Shown here: positions 27,375-30,766 of the stretch, one piece after another | Position numbering within the stretch: position 1 is the stretch's first letter | Layout: the number at the start of each line of letters is the position of its first letter | Source of the DNA: Pseudomonadota bacterium | GTDB taxonomy: Bacteria > Bdellovibrionota > FAC87 > UBA2466 | DNA length: 30,766 bases | NCBI GenBank assembly: GCA_043767805.1 | Contig: JAYUGC010000090.1 | Coordinates: forward strand, 1-30,766 | Reading direction: 5' to 3' | Notes under the pieces: model-generated | Database searches by the model: none | What the model saw: only the letters and a program-made list of their open reading frames with translations | Told to the model about the DNA's origin: nothing | Translations under genes and position numbers: made by a program

Positions 27375-27868
27375 TCGCGGACGTAGTGGCAGTTGTACCC
27401 CTTCGGATTCTTGACCAGGTATTTCTGGTGGTAATCCTCGGCATCGTAGAACTCCTCCGCGGGAACGATTTCCGTCACGATCGCTGAGCGCCATTTGCCT
27501 GATTTATCGATCTCTGCTTTCACCGATTCCGCCGCCTTTTTCTGCGCTTCCGAGTGATAAAAAATCGAAGAGCGGTACTGAGTGCCGACGTCGTTGGACT
27601 GGCGATTTTTCGTCGTCGGATCGTGGAGCCGGAAAAACAAGCGAAGCAGGTTCTCGAAGCTCAAGACAGCGGGATCGAAGGTGATTTGCACGGCTTCCGC
27701 GTGGCCGGTCTGCCCGGTCTTGACCTGCTCGTAAGTGGCGTTTGGAACCTGGCCGCCGGTATACCCGACGACGGTCTTCGTGATGCCGGGAGTCTGGCGC
27801 AGAATCTCTTCCACTCCCCAAAAACACCCTCCCGCTAACGTCGCTGCTTCGGTCTTCGGTTTGTCCAT
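27371..27868 (-). CDS. msrA: Peptide methionine sulfoxide reductase A
   Basis: GGCFWG, TGHAEAV, HDPT, GTQYRS and AEDYHQKY; GGAGG SD. Confidence 0.97.
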   Translation of the reverse strand: MDKPKTEAATLAGGCFWGVEEILRQTPGITKTVVGYTGGQVPNATYEQVKTGQTGHAEAVQITFDPAVLSFENLLRLFFRLHDPTTKNRQSNDVGTQYRSSIFYHSEAQKKAAESVKAEIDKSGKWRSAIVTEIVPAEEFYDAEDYHQKYLVKNPKGYNCHYVRD

Positions 27869-27997
27869 GAAAGGCCTCCTTCGATGCGAAGGCGATTCTT
27901 CATGAAGGAAGAAGAAGAATCAAGGGGTTCCAAGCGACCAGAGCGTTGCCAGACGTAGCCCCCGGGGTTAAAACCTCTTTTTTTGGAGGTAATCTCG

Positions 27998-28729
27998 ATG
28001 GACCGATTTCTGAAACTGGGTGGCCTTTTACTCGCGTTCTGTCTCAGTGCCGCCGCCGCCGAGACCGCTCCCGCCAAGGCACTCGCCAACGAATCCGAGC
28101 TTGGGATCGTCGTCGCGGGTGGTAACAGCGACACCCAGACGTTCACCGCGAAGCACGAAACGGTTTATACCTTCGATTCAAACATCACGAAATTGTTCGG
28201 CCACTACCTTCTCGGCAAATCGGGCGGCATCAAGACTTCCGAAAACTGGGACATCGGCGCTCGTTACGAACGCGATTTCCCTCCGTCCCTTGCCGCGTTC
28301 GCGCAGTATAAGCTGGACAGCAACGTGCTCGCGGGCCTCGATCTCCGACACACCATCGATGCCGGCGGTAAGTACTACTTCTGGAAAGAGCCTGGCCAAC
28401 AACTCTTCAATGAAACGGGTTATCGGTTCACGTCGGAGAATCGTCTCGGTCCCGCAGTGACGGTGAACAGTCATTTCATTCGTCTCTACTTCGAGTACAA
28501 CCGCAATCTCTCGGAATTGATCACGGCGAAACTTGGCGTCGAGCTCCTTCCGAACTTGTCCGATTCCAAGGGCTACCAAGCGAACCTCGAAGCGGCGATT
28601 CTCGCGAGCCTTTCCCCCGTCTTCTCGATCAAGACGGGTTACTCGCTCCAGTATCGCAATCAGCCCGCGGGCGTGGGCAAGAAGCGCACGGACTCGCTCT
28701 TTACGACCTCCGTCGTCGCCAAGTTCTAA
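27998..28729 (+). CDS. DUF481/YdiY-family outer-membrane barrel
   Basis: GGAGG SD, signal peptide, ESELG....GN motif, amphipathic strands and terminal Phe. Confidence 0.85.
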   Translation: MDRFLKLGGLLLAFCLSAAAAETAPAKALANESELGIVVAGGNSDTQTFTAKHETVYTFDSNITKLFGHYLLGKSGGIKTSENWDIGARYERDFPPSLAAFAQYKLDSNVLAGLDLRHTIDAGGKYYFWKEPGQQLFNETGYRFTSENRLGPAVTVNSHFIRLYFEYNRNLSELITAKLGVELLPNLSDSKGYQANLEAAILASLSPVFSIKTGYSLQYRNQPAGVGKKRTDSLFTTSVVAKF

Positions 28730-28768
28730 GGCTAAAGTTACGTCCCAAAAAGTCCGATACCCGTGCGT

Positions 28769-29047
28769 ATGGCTTACCGAAGGTTCATCCCAGCGTGCGC
28801 GTTGTTAGTGGCTGTTTTAATTGGCAATGCCGTGGCGCAAAGCCGGCAGGAGTCCGGCCGCATGGCGGAATCTCGCAGCCTCAAAAACGAAGAGCTGAAG
28901 CCCAATCTGCCTAGCCCGCTACCCGACGCGGATGCCGCGCGCCTACAGCTCGAAGCGGACGCCGACAGAAAGCCGGCGGAAGTGCTTTATAAGAACGAGC
29001 CCAAGCCGAAGGCTAAAAACCGGAACGAAGGCCCTTTCAGCCGGTAG
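28769..29047 (+). CDS. Small secreted hypothetical protein
   Basis: Signal peptide ending AVA and a charged low-complexity mature part. Confidence 0.6.
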   Translation: MAYRRFIPACALLVAVLIGNAVAQSRQESGRMAESRSLKNEELKPNLPSPLPDADAARLQLEADADRKPAEVLYKNEPKPKAKNRNEGPFSR

Positions 29048-29092
29048 CTCGGGATCTTTCCGAATCCTCTAAGAGCTGTTCCTTCGCCATGA

Positions 29093-29449
29093 CTAGCAGC
29101 TCGCGCTCGATTTTTTGCAAAGGTGCCCGCAAAATCCCAAAGCCGGACTCCGTCCAAAACGGATCGGTCCCGAATTTCCGTCCATACCGCTCCATCGAAT
29201 CCCGCACCCGGAGATGGTGGCATGGCTCGTCCTATCCACGCCGGTCTCGAAAAAAAGGCAGGGCGATAGCAGGACCAGCATCCCGACAGACTGAGCGGAG
29301 GGGCCATTGGGACGTTTCGCCAAGTCGAGGGCATGGGAACCGATGAGACTTCCCCCCAAAATTCCCAGCGAGAGAGAGCAAAAATAAACTACGCGAAGCG
29401 TGCGCACACGGGCAGCGCGGAGGGAGGTCAAATCGAGTTGAATGGCCAC
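29093..29449 (-). CDS. Small membrane protein, possibly frameshifted
   Basis: Extended -10 (TGa-TAAAAT) 6 nt before GTG and two hydrophobic segments; the C-terminal half looks more protein-like in another frame. Confidence 0.4.
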   Translation of the reverse strand: MAIQLDLTSLRAARVRTLRVVYFCSLSLGILGGSLIGSHALDLAKRPNGPSAQSVGMLVLLSPCLFFETGVDRTSHATISGCGIRWSGMDGNSGPIRFGRSPALGFCGHLCKKSSASC

Positions 29450-29532
29450 GAGCCTATTTTATCAGAGAAGACTAACGCACCGTTTACGCTGAAGGCCGTG
29501 ACCTATCGGGTATTTCCAGGTGAAATTTATAA

Positions 29533-30156
29533 ATGAAGAAAATCTCCTGGCTCGGCCTGATTTGGGTAACGACGGCTCTCTTCACTTTCGCTAGGCCCGC
29601 GCAGGGCGCCTTCGTAGTAGGGGCCCAAGTTCATCCTTTGAACTTCTTCATTCTTCCCAGCGGAACGGGGCTATCGACGAACGGAAAGTTCGGGACGGGC
29701 GCGGTTTTCGCCGGTGTCTCGGCCTCGACTTATTTCGATCTGCAGGCTTATCTATCGAGCGACAATACGGGGACGTTCCACGGCACGGGAACCCTTTTCG
29801 GATCCACCGGCACTTTCGACGGCAAATTCAAAGTGCTCTCCTACGGCGTCGAGATGAAGCTCGCGCCGCCGGCCTTTCCGCTCTATTTCAAATTGGGAGC
29901 CGGCTTGTGCGACCTGACTTCCGATGTGACCTACACCGTCGCGGGGGTTCCCGCGGGAAATCCCTTCGGCACCTTCGAAGCGTCCTTCGAAGGGCATTTC
30001 GGCTTGGGCTTCGCTTTCAAGCTCTCGGCTATCCGAATCCACGCCGGCCTGGATTCGGTACTAGTGAAGTTAAAGAGCAACGCTCAAACCACCGCCGCGG
30101 GAGTCTCCGCTTTCGTTTACTTCCGCCCCAACGTGGGGCTTTCTTTATTCTTGTAG
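29533..30156 (+). CDS. Outer-membrane beta-barrel protein
   Basis: Signal peptide ending AQG, alternating strands (YFKLGAG, HFGLGFAF) and C-terminal VGLSLFL. Confidence 0.75.
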   Translation: MKKISWLGLIWVTTALFTFARPAQGAFVVGAQVHPLNFFILPSGTGLSTNGKFGTGAVFAGVSASTYFDLQAYLSSDNTGTFHGTGTLFGSTGTFDGKFKVLSYGVEMKLAPPAFPLYFKLGAGLCDLTSDVTYTVAGVPAGNPFGTFEASFEGHFGLGFAFKLSAIRIHAGLDSVLVKLKSNAQTTAAGVSAFVYFRPNVGLSLFL

Positions 30157-30177
30157 GCGTTCGCTCCGAGCCTTCCT

Positions 30178-30766
30178 ATGAAAGCCCTCCGCCAAAAACT
30201 GAAAAGCGTGCACAGTCCGTTTACCGTCGGGATTTTGGTGCTGAACACGCTCATCTATCTTTATCTCACGGCGATAGGCCCCGAGAGCTTTCTCATCACG
30301 CTGGAATATGCGGCGATCCCCGAGCGCATTCTCGCTTCGATTCACTGGCTGAGAATCGAAGGGCCGGCCTGGGAAAACATCGAGCCGCTCTTGACGCTTT
30401 TCTCCGCCACGTTTCTTCATGGGAGCGAGACCCACCTCGGAAACAATATGTTGTTTCTGTGGATTTTCGGCAGCCTCATCGAGCGCCACTTGGGCGCGGT
30501 TTGGCTGGTGATGCTCTATCTGATTTGCGGGGCGGCCGGTAATCTCGCGCAAATCTATCTCGAGCCCGGCTCTCAGGTGCCCATCATCGGCGCCTCGGGC
30601 GCTATTGCGGGTCTCGAAGCCATCTACCTCGTGCTCGCCCTTCGCTGGGAGCTTTCTTGGCCCCATGTCTGGCCCATGGCCCGCCCGATCCCGCCGGGGC
30701 AGCTGGCGGCGGTCGCGGTTGTCGGTTTCGTCCTGGACGTCGTTTCTCTCGGCGATCGCGTTTCCC
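30178..30766 (+). CDS. Rhomboid intramembrane serine protease, partial (runs off the right edge)
   Basis: Not in the ORF track. ATG 30178 frame contains FLHGSETHLGNNMLFLWIFG..IE..LG and the catalytic GASG. Confidence 0.92.
   Translation, partial: MKALRQKLKSVHSPFTVGILVLNTLIYLYLTAIGPESFLITLEYAAIPERILASIHWLRIEGPAWENIEPLLTLFSATFLHGSETHLGNNMLFLWIFGSLIERHLGAVWLVMLYLICGAAGNLAQIYLEPGSQVPIIGASGAIAGLEAIYLVLALRWELSWPHVWPMARPIPPGQLAAVAVVGFVLDVVSLGDRVS

Noticed and set aside
29907..30666. ORF-track entries 29907..30542 and 30145..30666
   Set aside because: Shadow frames of the beta-barrel and rhomboid genes, as is typical of high-GC DNA.
1..30766. CRISPR array, rRNA, IS transposase or intact prophage
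   Set aside because: No regularly spaced repeats, rRNA motifs, transposase or phage structural genes were seen by eye.

Overview
GC-rich bacterial chromosome window, most likely Bdellovibrionota-like (inferred from recR directly followed by mglA with no mglB, a TIGR02147-like gene and many orphan secreted proteins). The core region carries ffs-dnaX-ybaB-recR-mglA, tsaA/trmO, a TonB-like gene, a FemAB-like GNAT, an M23 peptidase, arsC, a C1 cysteine protease, msrA, a DUF481 barrel and a rhomboid. The main discovery is absent from the ORF track: a minus-strand tRNA-Asn(GUU) at 16919..17293, split inside the anticodon (between positions 35 and 36) by a 299-nt group I intron whose P1 loop still encodes an HNH-endonuclease remnant (LVCANCHRELH). 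The 3' end of the same tRNA anchors a decayed ~5.7 kb integrative island (about 11228..16921). The island is bounded by an exact 12-bp direct repeat and holds a serine-recombinase tail, a DUF4258/MqsA-like TA pair, a TIGR02147-like regulator, a metzincin lipoprotein and a phage-like ORF. Several deletion-scarred gene remnants (rutE, bcp, an OMP, a membrane transferase) and candidate leaderless genes are also present. All family assignments come from motif recognition by eye, not from database searches.
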